Positions 11,551-24,900 of a stretch of 64,000 nt of DNA are shown in pieces. The stretch lies in contig CM060732.1 of the NCBI GenBank assembly GCA_030704615.1, positions 66,092,001 through 66,156,000 on the forward strand, read 5' to 3'. A program made the translations under genes and the position numbers. How positions within the stretch are numbered: position 1 is the first letter of the stretch; each line of letters opens with the position of its first letter. The DNA is from Takakia lepidozioides. Its lineage: Eukaryota > Plantae > Bryophyta. The notes below the pieces were generated by a model. That model was not told the origin of the DNA. It made no database searches and saw nothing but the letters and a program-made list of their open reading frames with translations.

Positions 11551-14102
11551 CGCATTCCAGGCTTTCTCTGACAGTATAATGCTCCTTATTTCTTTCCTTT
11601 CCCGCTCTCTATCACTTTCTTCGTCTCGTGGGTATATGGGTGTTAGTGTAGGAGAGCAAGACGCCAGGCACATGTAGGTATTTAATGCAGGAATGAAGAG
11701 CCAAGAGACAGAAAATGTGCGAGAGTATAGTTCGACAGAGGGAGAGAGGACTCAAACCGAAGCCAGTGTAAATAAGAGCCACTTCCCCTACATTAGTGCG
11801 ACACAACATACTAGTCCTCATTACATGTTCATGCAACTCAACCCAAATCTCTGTCTCCTGTTGTCTATTTCAGACTGATTTTGGGCTCATAGGCTACAGT
11901 GTCTCCCCATGAATGAATTGAATGAATGAATTTGTCTAATGCTAAACTGGTGCAGGGATGTGACTTCTGGGTTTGGATCTGAGGCAATACCTCTAGCTTA
12001 GCTATGCTGTATTGCTTATATTAACCATCAGGAAAATTGAATAAGGAGAAAAGTCGAGTTGCCTAGTTGACTCTTCATACTCAGGCTTTAATGGCTCCTG
12101 CACTTCTGTTTAGTATGGTGGCAAGAGGGCACCAGTTAATCTGCTTCACAGTCCCCCAAGGCCCAGCTTCTGGATACTCCCTTGAGCTGACATGTGTGCT
12201 GCACTCGCTCAGTCAAACTGCCTAGCGCGTGTTACTGAACGAACAGACTGTTTCCACTGATACCATTGTAAGCCTGGTGCATCTCTGCATTAGTATTGGT
12301 ATGCCCATCCATTGCATTCTACGAATTCGTTTTTAAACCAACGGATGGGTTTGTGGTTCTGCTTTCTCCCGTTCTTTATAGATAAATCTGCAGCTAGTGG
12401 CTGCATGTCAGTGAAGCAAAGCAAGGGAGAGGGGTTTTTATTAAAGGAGCAGAGCTGCACAACTACTCAGGGAAGCTTGGGGGAGCGGGGAGAGGGCCCA
12501 GTCATCATCGAGCCTATAGGAATATTCGGCCCAGTCATCATCTTCCTTGTGAGCTTGGTCTCGCTTGGGGTGCGCTACGCAACTCAACTATTGTATTTTG
12601 CTGTGTCCCTGCTGTGGATTGATATTTACAGACAGTTTGCAGGAACTCACTGTGCTAAAAACCTCCTGCATGTCTCCTCTCTAAGTGAGACAGGACGGCA
12701 TCTCTAGGTAACAGTCAATAGATAATGCCATTGAGAAGTGCACTGCTACAGGTTATCTTATTTTTTCCCTTGCTGCCAAAGGGCAGCATCCATAGGGAAT
12801 TGAGTGGAGTCGCTGGTTCCTGTACAATGTTGTACACTCGGAAAGGGCAATCAGATATCACCCCAGGCAGGTTAGTGCTAGATGGGGTTGCTGCACTGGT
12901 GTAGTGTGGAAATAAGCATCAGTTTTCTTCAGACTAAACTGATGGTCTGAAGAAAGCTTCTAAGGGTCTCTTCGGAGTATCAACCTTGTTACACTCCAAC
13001 AGACATGAGCGGCTCATTCGTACCCACATTTCCTGGACCACTGAGTCTCCAGCTCCAGACCACTTTCTTGAATTCATGCACCTTGAGAAAACCACCTTGA
13101 GTCTGATATTTTAATACTTTTTGGGCGTGCTAGACTCCAAGAGTCTGAAGGAGAAGCTGGAGGTTTTGATGGTGCAAGTTACATGGTTGTATTGTGAACA
13201 AAAAATTGCAGTTTTGTGCAAGACTCAAGCCCACTTTTTTTACTTTGCTCACTTATATTTGGTGCTGTACTCGAGACGTGTCCGCCCTTTGTCAGATTGC
13301 ACTCATCTACCTTTTGACTTATGAATGAGAGTGAATGGGAGAGGGGAAAGTGGAAAGTGGAGATTAGTAGTTGTATTAGGTCAGGGGGGCTACATGATGG
13401 CTTGACACTTTAATTTGTTTGGGTATAGACTGTGGCTTTTTGGGTGGAGTATATGCAAGGTATATGTCTAAGGATTGATCACAAGCTGTTTCATTGTCAC
13501 GCAATGTCACATTCAAGGGGCTATCCCGTGAACTTTCATTGAGATTTTCAAAAAGTGGACCTACTGCTTTAGTCTTTAATCCTCTGAAAGTCAACTTATA
13601 TCTGTGTGGTAGTCAGTTTGGTTGTCAATTGAAGTGCTGATTCTACCACTCCAGGCAAAGCTGAATGAAACCATTGGGCGCCTCCCAGTTTGACCCACAC
13701 ATTTACAGCTTGCCTTCAATGGCACCCTTTCAGATATTTTGGGAAACAAAAATACACTAATTTATCAAGCACAATGCAGGCGTTCTTGCAAGGCCTTCTC
13801 ATCTCCTGGCACCATGTCTTTTGGGAGAGCAGAATGCCAAGGCAGCCATGTAAAATTTATACAAGGCAACCCAAATGCCAGAAAGACTGTCAAGAAAATT
13901 GGGACTTGAAGGGTGTGAACTGATCCACCTCACCATCATCCGCAAAAATCCATTGTTGAGGAATGCTCCAGTACAATATTCTTTACTTGTCATGGTTCTG
14001 CGTAGACCCAATCTTTGGAAATCGGCTCAAGAACACCATGCTCCATGTACATTTTGTTCACCACATTTCTCTGTACCCTCAATCTTCACAGGAATGAAGG
14101 AC

Positions 14103-17100
14103 TCATCTGGCTGCCGCTCTTGCGCTCAACGATGTGTGGTAATTTGTGCTCCGCTGCTTCCTATAAGAAGTATAGACATCATCATACTGCGTGACCTCAT
14201 TAGGGTCAGCAACTGCCCCAAGCCCAAGCCTCCCCGTGCTAGCCACACCAGGACGATGCTCCATGCTCCCATCTGGTAGGGTCCCTGTTTCAGGATCTAC
14301 TTGCATGTGGCCTGGGGGAGGAATCCGGGCACCCCCCTCTCTCCCACTGCTTTCATCCTCTCCTCCATCTTGTGCATTTGAGTCAGATGCTGTTACCTGA
14401 CCTTCCAAGGGGTCAACCTCTCCTATCTCTTTGAAATACTTAGTGACTCTCTCCAAAATGTAGGACTCTGTTGTTGTGGAAGGGGGAATAACAGTCGGTA
14501 TGTCTAACACGCTTAATGCGGAATACGGCACCCCACTTCCAATTTGCATCTTGCGTACCATCCCTGGAATCAAGCCTGGTGGAAAGAGAGGGTATGGGGG
14601 TTGATCAGCTGCCCGTAGGCCTGTTGGCAACTGTGCAAGCGTTGGTTGGGGCACTTGGGGCACTGGTGCTGGCAGAGGGGCTAGAAATGGGGGCCCAGAT
14701 GGATAGAGGGATGGCATGGAGCCAGTCAAAAACTGTTGAGCTCCTGATGGGTTGAAAGGAACACTAGCACCGAAGAACTGTGGAACCGCTGCGAATGGAG
14801 GCTGTGTTTGGTCTGGTTGTTGTTGTGACTCAGTGCTTGGCTGTGTCACCCGATCTGGCTGCCACTGACCTCCATACTGGAACTGACCTGCGGGATCCAA
14901 CAATGCATATTTGATATTGGATGAAATCAAATTTAATCTAATGAGAAATTTCAACCAGCTTCAACCACAACAGAAAACATTCAACTTCTCCAAGCGAGCC
15001 AACGATATGAATGAGAGGCCAAACCAGCCATGGACATAATCAAGTACCATTGCATTTCTTTTTTCCACGTCTCTATGCCCTTTCCAGCCACATATGCAAT
15101 CACAGCCACATATCCTTGAGTGAAAGTGCTTCAAATCAATGTTGTGTTCTCCAGCACGATGATCACACTAGCTTACATCAACACTCCATTCCAATTGCAC
15201 AAACACTGTAGCAATTTCAGTTGAGTTTCCATACCCTGGTGAGTATAAATCCCACAACTAGCTCCGTGAAGCTGGTACCTATGCCCTTAAGCGTGCACCA
15301 CTAACATTTGCATGAAATGATCCTTTGGTCTTTCGGAGTCTCCAGTGTATGCTATTACATATGTTTCCGTACTTCATCCTTTCTCTTTCTGTGACTGTAA
15401 TGAACCTCTTTCTTCCACATCCATACAATCAAACAAACTCAAAAACTCCAACATTATAAAAGCAGCAAGAGACGCACCTGTGGCTGGAGGCTTAATGGCA
15501 GATGCGGGTTCCGGGGGAGGCCCTGCCACCATCTCACCCTCCAGGGTGTTGATTGTATCAGTGTCAAAAACCTCCTTAGCACCCCAAAACTGTAAAATCT
15601 TCTGCAGGCGATCCTGATTGGCCTCTGCATTTTGAGGGTTGTGATAGATAGCTGCCAACATAGGTCCTAATACAGGTCTAAAAGCCAGGGCTTCTGGGTC
15701 CAGCTCTTTAGTATTGCTGCGGTGCTGTAGGCTGCACAAGCACATCCAAAGAGTTGATTTAGCCATCCTTGACTTTTCTCAGGATTACAAAAATATTAAA
15801 GACCGTACAAGCGACATGACAACTGCATGTGATGCATGCAATCAAAGGACACCCTGGCAGCACTTACAATCTATGACAAACAAGGAAAAATAGCTAGCGC
15901 ACATGGAGTAATATGTAAACAAACTCCCCTTTCCTGTGTGCCAATGAAGTAACAATTGAACCAGAGGTTAACAAAAGACTGGAGGTGGTGGCAATTGTGC
16001 TACTTTGTTAAATTGCCTCCACCCATTTAGGACAGACAAGTGGGGACAATTGTGCTAAATTTTGATCATCTTCAATAGACTCAGAATACATGAATAGGTT
16101 GTCCGTATGGACCAACACTGTACATCATTACCAAGAATCTATCTGAAGAAGAGTATCAGAACAGGCCGCACAATATCACATCCCCTGAACCAAAAAGTGT
16201 CTTAGAGGGTGACAAGATCCACTTTTGTACAAGCAATCTGAAATCAACTGATCTTACTACTGCATTTTTTGCTTCCACTTACCGCCCAAACACCCAATGA
16301 CCATTTAGAGATTCCAACAGTTAGCCCAGTGGTGCTGGCACTGCTGCTACCCAAAGACCGTTCAAGTCAACATAGGCTTATTCTGGAAGTTGAACCAAGC
16401 ACCCAGCTGCCTGCCAGCTTTTTGCCATGAAAAGAGGAATCTAGGGCATTGAAGTTTACTAAGGAAACACGAAAACATTGCATCAGTCATTCATGCGGCT
16501 TTGGAAAAAGGTGCCAAACTAGTAGCCAATGGAGTTCTAACTGGTGACCATCTTCTTGTTCATATCCATTTGGAAGGAGTGATGTGATAACAACCCAATT
16601 TATACCACAGGAACAATCTCAACCAGCCCAGTTATCCCTTTATTAATGGGGACTGGTCTTCACACATCCCTACTGGCTAAAGATCAAATATGAGAAACCC
16701 AAAAGTTGTGATAAACTCATTTCAAAGTGCAGTGGATTGTGGAGCGACAACCTAATAAACAGGGTTGTTTACTAAATGGGAATGCATCTGTTTGCCGATT
16801 GCTTAAGATGAGACCATAATGTTTAATTAGGAAATAAGATGTAGAGAATAATGCACTTGTTGACAAGTGAAGGTTGCGTACCCATGTGATAACAACCTAT
16901 GGAGCTGATCACGAGATTTTAACCCACCAGGGAATACAATACAATTGCACTCATGCATAGCTGATAGTAATGCTCTTGAGTATAATTGCTGGCATCAGAG
17001 TCATACAAGATAGTAAAAGACCACAAAGAGAGAGAATGACGAACCTGTTAAACAAAATGTCGTTGGCCAGGTAAATGACATGCAGCTGCCGTTCCACATC

Positions 17101-17979
17101 GTCCAAGGACAGAACTCTGTCCCGCAAAGCCTCAGCCAACGATGAGGCAAAAGGAGCTCTCTGCATAAACCATGTTTTGGCTCCCTTTATCGACTCCTTG
17201 GTTCCTGTCAGGCTATCCATCACTCCCTTGAGTTCTGCGGCAATGTCCAGTGGCAGGGGTCCAGATGGTCCACTGACCCCACCATAGCCTTCGAGCTGGA
17301 AATTACCATAGCTGTCGTGTTGGAATTGATCATAAAAAGGTTGTGAATGATGTTGCTGTTCAAAGTAAGATGAGGGAAAAGCTCCAGTTGGAGCAGCCGC
17401 TGCGGCACTGGGCGGAGGCTTCAGGGACGCGGTCAAGGCAGAATTAAGCGAAGGGTTTAAAGATACGAGTGCAGGATTTAGAGAGGACAGAGGGGGATTA
17501 ACAGAGGCATTTAAGGCTGCCAAAGCAGGATTTACAGCCGGAAGTGCTGGGGTGTTGATTGTGACCCAAAGATTGTATCTATAGTAACCGTGCCCCTCTG
17601 CACCAAACAGAAATGCATAAGCAGGATTCTCCTTTTGCTTATCCTTCATCAAGGCCTCGAATTGCGGTCCATTCTTGGCCGCATACTCCACGAGCTTATC
17701 TATCCGCTTCTGCAAGTCAGAATCCGATGGAGGTGGAACGGGAGCGGGCGGGGGATCCCAGGGGTTAAAAAACCCTAGCACTGCTCCTGCACCTTGTGAC
17801 TGCAGATTCTGGGGAGGAAGAGAAGCCGCTCCGGGAGGAGCTCCAAATGGGTATGGCGCTTGGGGGTAAGGAAACGGCGGAGGTGGGTACTGCTGGGTTG
17901 CAGCCTGCCCGCCCCCTTGCTGCCCTGCCTGCTGTGGCGGTTGAATGTACGAGTGCCCATATGTCTGCCCCTGCTCCAT
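14103..17979 (-). CDS. SURP (SWAP) + CID/RPR domain protein, CHERP-like splicing factor
   Basis: Three exons with GT-AG junctions and matching phases: 17979-17045, 15731-15478, 14887-14103. SURP motif [33 protein letters not shown]; CID motif [16 protein letters not shown]...[13 protein letters not shown]; CHERP-type C-terminus GRLGLGA...[17 protein letters not shown]. Confidence 0.9.
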
Positions 17980-18933
17980 TCCGCCACCAGAGACGCTGAT
18001 GCAAATCCTTCACACCACAGACAGCCGATGTTCAAGAAAACGCCCTCATGTAAACAGCTAGGCAAAGAAGCTCTTGAGGCAGACACGAAAGCGAGCAAAA
18101 ACAAAAATTGGATCCCGATCGCACCTTTTGTCAAATACTATCGATCATTGTCCTTCGGTCTAACTACGTAACAAACTGAAAGACCTGCAATTTGAACCGA
18201 GCCAGTTTTTTCAACTCACCAATCAGAACGTCGAGCTTCTGCACATCATTTGGCTCATGAAGAAACAGATGCACACTGTACACCTTTTTCCCTTCCGCTT
18301 CCTCGCACCCCTCAAGCTTGCTCTGTCGATCGTAAGCGGAGCTTCCCACAGCGCCTTCCTCACACTCCCGAGAGACAGACAAGCAGCAGACAAGGTCCTC
18401 TTTGTCCCCTTCGTTAATTCTGGAAACTTTCGTCCGTCGATCGTATAAAATCGGACAGTAGATAAAATAGATAGAGATTGTAAGATCTTACGGCCCAGAA
18501 CCACCTATTCTTTCAAGACTAATTTTGTAAACCTCTCCACCCTCCAAGTTACTAGTAAGTCACTAGTGAGCGGCGTCCCCCGGTGATACTCTTTGGCGGG
18601 AACAGCAGGTGGACCGGTGATTGCCAGTCTGAACCCTAGGGCTTGCTTGGCGGCGAGGAGGGAAGCGAGACGAGAGAGGGAGAGAGAGAGAGAGTATACT
18701 TAACTTAGGGTGAGTGTGCTTGCTGACCCGATCACAGGGTCGGCATTAAGGATCTTGCAGCTAAGAGCTGTCTGGGCTTTTCTCTTTGCCTTGCTTGGGT
18801 AAGGAGGAGAGGAGGAGGTAGAGATTGTGTGTAGGTTTGTGTGTCTTTAGAGAGAGATTGGTGGTGCGGAGAGGTAGGCAGAGGGGCCATTCCGGAGGTA
18901 TTTGCCAGGCAGATTGCACTTGAGCTGTTTCCA
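17980..18933. promoter_or_regulatory. Divergent (head-to-head) intergenic/5'UTR region of the CHERP-like and HD2 genes
   Basis: Opposite-strand ATGs at 17979 and 18934. The region is locally CpG-rich, has GA-repeat tracts (~18665-18695) and a telo-box-like AACCCTAG at ~18632. Confidence 0.55.
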
Positions 18934-21900
18934 ATGGAGTTTTGGGGTATGTCCATTTTTATTTCCATTCTCTTTACGCCCATGGTTATTTTTCTATTTG
19001 GTGTCCTTCCGTAGGCTGGCTTGATCTTCAAGTCGTCTCGAGTCCAGCTGGCATGGCAGTCACTACTGAACGCGCTGTGCTTCTGCTTCTGAGCATCCAA
19101 AATCTGGAATTGCATGGTTTTTGGATATGTGGGAGTAATGTAGGTGTAGGAATTGGTAACGGGGAGTAGCCACTGGGCACGAGGCTTTAGAGTTGGAATG
19201 TCGAAGTGGAATGGCCCGTGACATATTTTTTTAGGGGGTACATGTGAATTCGTCGGGTTTCTTTTGAAACAGCGCCCTTTACCCTCATCCCCAGGGTTTT
19301 CTCACTGGACGAGCGGCCAAGGGTCCGATTCGAGGACAGCTTCTATGGTGTCCAAGATAGGACTCATGCTTGGAGTGGCAGATGCTCTTCTGGTCATTTG
19401 ACACTTTGATCGCCATTTTTCTTTGTGTTATTATCGCCTTTTTCCAGTCCTCATATCTCTGCAGGAAACTACAACTCGATGTGTATTAGAGACCTTCTCT
19501 AATCTCTTTGGGGGTAGAAGGTATTCCTCCTTAGTTTGTAGTATGGACGGTTTTCATGCAGGGCTTTGTCCTACAGGGGAGTGAACCAATGTGCTCTGGG
19601 TTTAGGGTTTATAGGTTTCCGCTCCCACAAAAACATGAACGTGAATGTGAATTTCCTGTCTGATGCCTCTTGTTAGCTTGGAACCTCCTCTGGACAGGAT
19701 AACCATTCAGTTTTTTTGGCGGATTATGTGCCCCATTCCTTGGGTTTAGTACATTGAGAAGGTCATGTAGGAAGCGACTTGCACAATTCTAGTTTCTGCT
19801 GTCCTCTTAATGCGCTCAGCGACTTGGTCTCCTGCAAAAAATGCGTTCCGTTGAACAGACTCATGCGTCCAGCGAATGTCTTTTTTTGGTTGAAAGTTTT
19901 GTTATAGGGCTGGTTATCGTAAAGGGAAGAGTAGGCTTATCATATCTTTACTCGTCATTTCACGAGTGAGGAAATTTTAACTAAATATTAGGCCGGATAC
20001 AATTGAGGATTTGCATCCTCTTTCTGAAGAGACTCTACGATGTTCCGTAGAATGTCTCTGAGATTGAGCTAAAGTTATTGCATGTTATTTATGCAGGGGT
20101 TGAAGTTCCAGTAGGAGTGCCAACTATCTGTGAACCAGGGGAAGGAATGTACCTACATGTCTCCCAGGTGCCTGTTTGTCTCTGACCCGACCTTTTTTTA
20201 TATGGGGATTGCTTGTGTGTTTTGTTGTGATGGGGCCACTCCCTCTGCACGTTATTAGGTTTGTGTCTCGTCTTCTCTTGGATGTGGTTCCAGGAAAAGT
20301 GCTAAAGTGGGATCATATTGAGGATGTCTTGTAAGGAGAAGGTGTAAAGTCACGGGTGTGGCATAGGCATACTTTGAGACCAGTACACTTGAGAACATTA
20401 TTGCTGATCTTCCAGTTAGCCGCCACATCCAGTCTGATTTATAATTTGCAACACTGCAGGTAACCCCTGGTTCTATTTCTGCTCTTACTTTTGCCTGCCT
20501 CCTTCCCAACCTTAGTTTTCCTGCAGATCATTATCTTTTTGTTAATGGCCTAAAGCCTGGCACACAACAGTCAGAGAAGGTTGGTGGAAGATATTTGGTT
20601 CTAGAGACAAGTGGAAATTGTTGGCATGATGGAGCACACAATGGTGTTTTTTTGTTAGTGCAGGCAGCACTGGGAGACAGCAAAGACAAGAATGGTAAGG
20701 GGAATGAGAGGGTGGTTCTCCGAGTTCAAGTTGGTGATCAGGAGGTCGTTTTGGGAACACTTTCACAGGGAAAGTGTGACCAAATGTCACTCGACCTGGT
20801 TTTTGACAGGGAGTTCAAGGTCTACCATACTGGCACCTCTGGCAGTGTTTTCATTTGTGGTTACCGGACAGAATCTTCTCAGAATGAATATCCTTTCCAG
20901 CTTTTGAGAGTCATGTTCTGCATTCTAGGAATGTATTGAAGGCAGTTGTATAGGTTGGACATAACTATATACCAACGTGGTAGGTTTTCTTTCTGGTTAG
21001 TAGGCTTGAGTGAGGTTTCCAGCCTGTATATGTAAGCTGAGAGTACTCCAGAGCACATGCCTTGTCCAAGAACTCTACTTTTGTGGCCTTGACTTGAGGC
21101 TGTTGGATGGAGCACCTACTTCGATTCAGATGAAGGTACATGATACTTCTTAGTACAAACTGGTGAATTTGATGGCTTGTTCAAATTGAGAACGTCCTCT
21201 GGTTTTTCTTATCTTAAATGTTTCTCTGTAAAGTGTTTCCTCTTTCCAAAATGCAAAAGATTGAGGATAAGTAGTTCATATTGACAATTAGGAAGCAAAC
21301 CTGGATTCCTTCTGATTCTCCAGGATTATATTTGATGCCCTTGGTGCATCACATTATTTCAGTTCTGGGGGTATATCATCAATTCTACTGTTGAGTGAGA
21401 GCACCAAAATATGTGGGAAGGGTCCCAGTAGTCCGCAAGCTGTTGGTTGTTATACCTCTATGTAGTGGACAGATGCTAGGTTTTAATACTATGAAATATG
21501 AGATCATGCCGTGTGGATGGATCAGGCCACAGTGCTGGGGCACAATTTTCCATTTTATTGTTAAAGGAAATGCAAGAGATTGGATGATGTTCTTGTTCAC
21601 TGTTAGAGTATAATCTGGAGATAATCTACCATCTTGATAGTGGTTGTTACATGTGGTATGTCAGAGGAAGAGGAGGATGAGGATGAGGATGAGCCTATCC
21701 CAGCTGCAATTGCCATCAAGGAAAATGGCGATGCTCCAGGTATCTACTACTCTACAGACATACTATTTTTGGATTTGTCGCTGCTTTCTTACGTGCTTCA
21801 GGAAGTGATCTACTGAGGATGCCTGTCCATCTACACCCACTCACCTGGATCCACCAGATAATAGTGGTTGACTAGGTTTTCCATCAAGACCAGCTCACAT

Positions 21901-24900
21901 GCCCATTATGGTCTAGTGGTACACCCACTATGCCACCCACCAAGAGAGTGGGCACCCACTGTTTGTGGTAAGCACTCATTCGTCATAATCAAATAGTGGG
22001 CAAAGATCATGCGTGTAGATGGAAACCCTTCTCGCACTATTTCCTGGATTCTAAGTAGTGGGTTCAATGCAAGTGGGTGTAGATGGTAAGGCAACCTAAT
22101 TACCCTGGTCTGGCTCATGAAGGAGTGCCTTGAGTGTGCCTCGCTATGCCAATGTTGTGAAGTGTGTGAGGTGATGTGACTGGGGAGTCTTTTTACTCCT
22201 TCACTGTTTTCATTTAATGGAACTCTAGAAAATGAAGAATGGCAACGATGAAGCCAGTGGAGGTGACTTGCCCTTTTGCTTTGGAGGGGCTTCAAAGAGA
22301 AATAACTTAAAAATGGCACTTGTCTGCAGGTAGTAATATGAAAGTGGCAAAGCCTGCACGGATTGGAAAATCTGATGTGTTGGTGAAAGCTAAAGCTACA
22401 GCACCAATCAAAGCTGTCCCTGAGGAACCAAAAGTGCTAGAGGTGGAGTCTGATGATGACGACTCTGAAGATGAGGTGAGACTTTCTTTTATCCTGAACC
22501 TGGACACTCAGTTGTGCAGTTCAATCTGTAACTGCTATACCTTGGCAATTTTGGTCAGGATGCATGACCTGACAAACTGTACTTTGAATTGTAAACCTCA
22601 AGTAGATCACCCATCTTGTTCTGGATGGTTTTGGGTGCCTTCCTCTAGTTGTCCAGGGGATCTTCACCACCAGCTGTTGCTCTTGTGTAAGTCATCTTGC
22701 CTGGCACTTTGGCTGGTAGCTTTGCTTCATTGTATTGTTCTGGTTCGGATATTCATCGCCAGCAGACCTGTTGAACAGCCGGAGCTTATCAGAGGTAGTG
22801 TGTCGGACCTTGAGGTCTGATTAGTGTTTTGTTTTCCATGTTGACAGTACATGCTGCCATTGTGCACGTGGCTGATGTAAGGACATGTCAGGACTGTGCC
22901 CTCTGTAAAGACATCAGCAACAGTGTTTATTGACTCCAGCGGTTTAACAGTAGTTGTCGTACTTTGAGATTGCGGCAAGCATGTCCAGATTAATGAGTGA
23001 ATGGGGGTTGGCATGCATTTTCAAGCCCGATCAGGAGGTTATGGCCCGTGCTCTGCTGGATGATATTGCCTCTGACGATGATGATGAGGACGATGAGGTG
23101 TGTTTGCTTACTAGGCTTAGTATGTAGTCTTCACTCACTTGTCAGAGGCCCTAGAATTTCTTCGAGGTTTCTATGGTGAAGCCTGAGCCTCCTTGAATCT
23201 TGCAAGCAGGGACTTCTCCACCTACAGTTCATTGCTTTAAATTGAGTGGGTGACTTAATTTCCGACAATTCCACCCTGGTACTCTTTCCGGCTCCATGCT
23301 TGCCACTGAAGAAGTTTTATTTGAGAAAACAGATCTGGTTCTTCCAAATATTGGGCCCATACTTCCAGCTCCATGCTTGCCACCAAAGAAGTTTTATTTG
23401 AGAAAACAGGTCCAGTTCTTCCAAATATTGGGCCCATGCTGTTAACTATAAAATTCCGTCGATTTGAAATTCTCTGCTTGAGTGGGCAGGAGTTTGATGA
23501 GGATGACGAAGAGGGAAGTGACGACTTTGATGAGGACGAGGATGAGTCTGAAGACGAAGAGGAATTGCAGATTGAACAAACCAAAGTAACTCTACCTCTC
23601 TGGCTTCTTTATCATTTTTTGTGGTTGACGAAGGCAGGTAGGATGGCTGGTGTACATTTCTGGCTGCGTCTGTCAGAACATGTGTTGTGATCCTTATGGT
23701 GCAGGCTGATCTGGCTGTCTTCTGTTCCATCCATACATTGGGGTCTCAAACTGCCAAACTTGAACAGATAGTTCTATCTAGTGCCATGGTCATGCATCTA
23801 TCTCTCACTAGATAGCTAGAGACCTCCCAATCCTGTGCACAGCCTTGGGAGCTTCTTATTGGAGAAGCTCAATTGAAAGCTGGACATGACATGCGTAGTG
23901 GTATTGTTGCTGACTTCCTAATTTTTCTTCTTGCAGTCCGGGAAAAAGAGACCTGCAGGAGACACTCCAAAGGTATCAGGCTCAGAGAAGAAGAGCAAGA
24001 TGGATACACCAGCCAAGCCAGGTCATCCCTCTCGCCTTGTTACGCAGGAAACGAAGTAATTGCTTGCCATTGATAGGTCAGACTCCCATGGCTAGGCCCA
24101 CTACAGGCCATATTCACCCTGGAGTAGAATTTCTTGAACTCTTGTTAACCTGATCAAAGAAACTGAAGGTGACATGTTCCTCTTGGTGACACTATTGGAG
24201 GCACTAATGAGAGGTCTACGCATAGATTAATTCCAAGTATGAGGTTTCTTAGCATACAATCCAGGGCCCCCTCCCAAATGCTGGTTCTCGTGAGCATTTT
24301 GGAGTTTTAGGATTCTGTAAGAGATTAGTTCGTTTGTTGGCCATCATCAGTGCCATGTTCCTGTGAGGTTGGAGGAAGTAATGGGCTTTGCTGGAGGAGC
24401 CCTTTTACAGCTTGTCCGGTTCTATTCTCTTCCAAATTCATATCTCTTGAAGGCAGCCGTTTAGACTTTCTAAATAAAATATCAATGGAAGCAGGGAGTG
24501 AGTCTGCTGCAGAGTATTGGGAAAGCCTGATCGCTGCAGGTGCCAAAGGTATTTGCCTTCAACAAAATGTAGAAATAAATACTAAAACAATGGTTTGTCT
24601 TAAGCATGCTCCACGATCACAGCATCTACATTGTTTGGCTTAACCTAATGAGCCAGATGTATACAAGCTCTCTGCCCATGACTACTGGAGGCCTTCTGTA
24701 CTAGTATTTGATTATCATCTCATTTGGATTTGTTGGCGTTCGTTCCAAGCTGTGGATCTAAGCTGTCACTTGGGTACAAAATTGCAAGGTTCATTTACTT
24801 TGAGAAAACTGACTACTACTGTGCAGGACTCGGTCCAACTTCGGAGAAAAAGGCTGGGGGTAAGAAAAGTCCTACTGTCACCAGCTTGGCAGTCACCAGC

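Noticed and set aside
19598-19620. Interstitial telomere repeat (gggtttagggttt)
   Set aside because: Fewer than two full units; at most a telo-box.
21895-21960. A-box-like TGGTCTAGTGG in an HD2 intron (tRNA or SINE)
   Set aside because: No properly spaced B box or stems.
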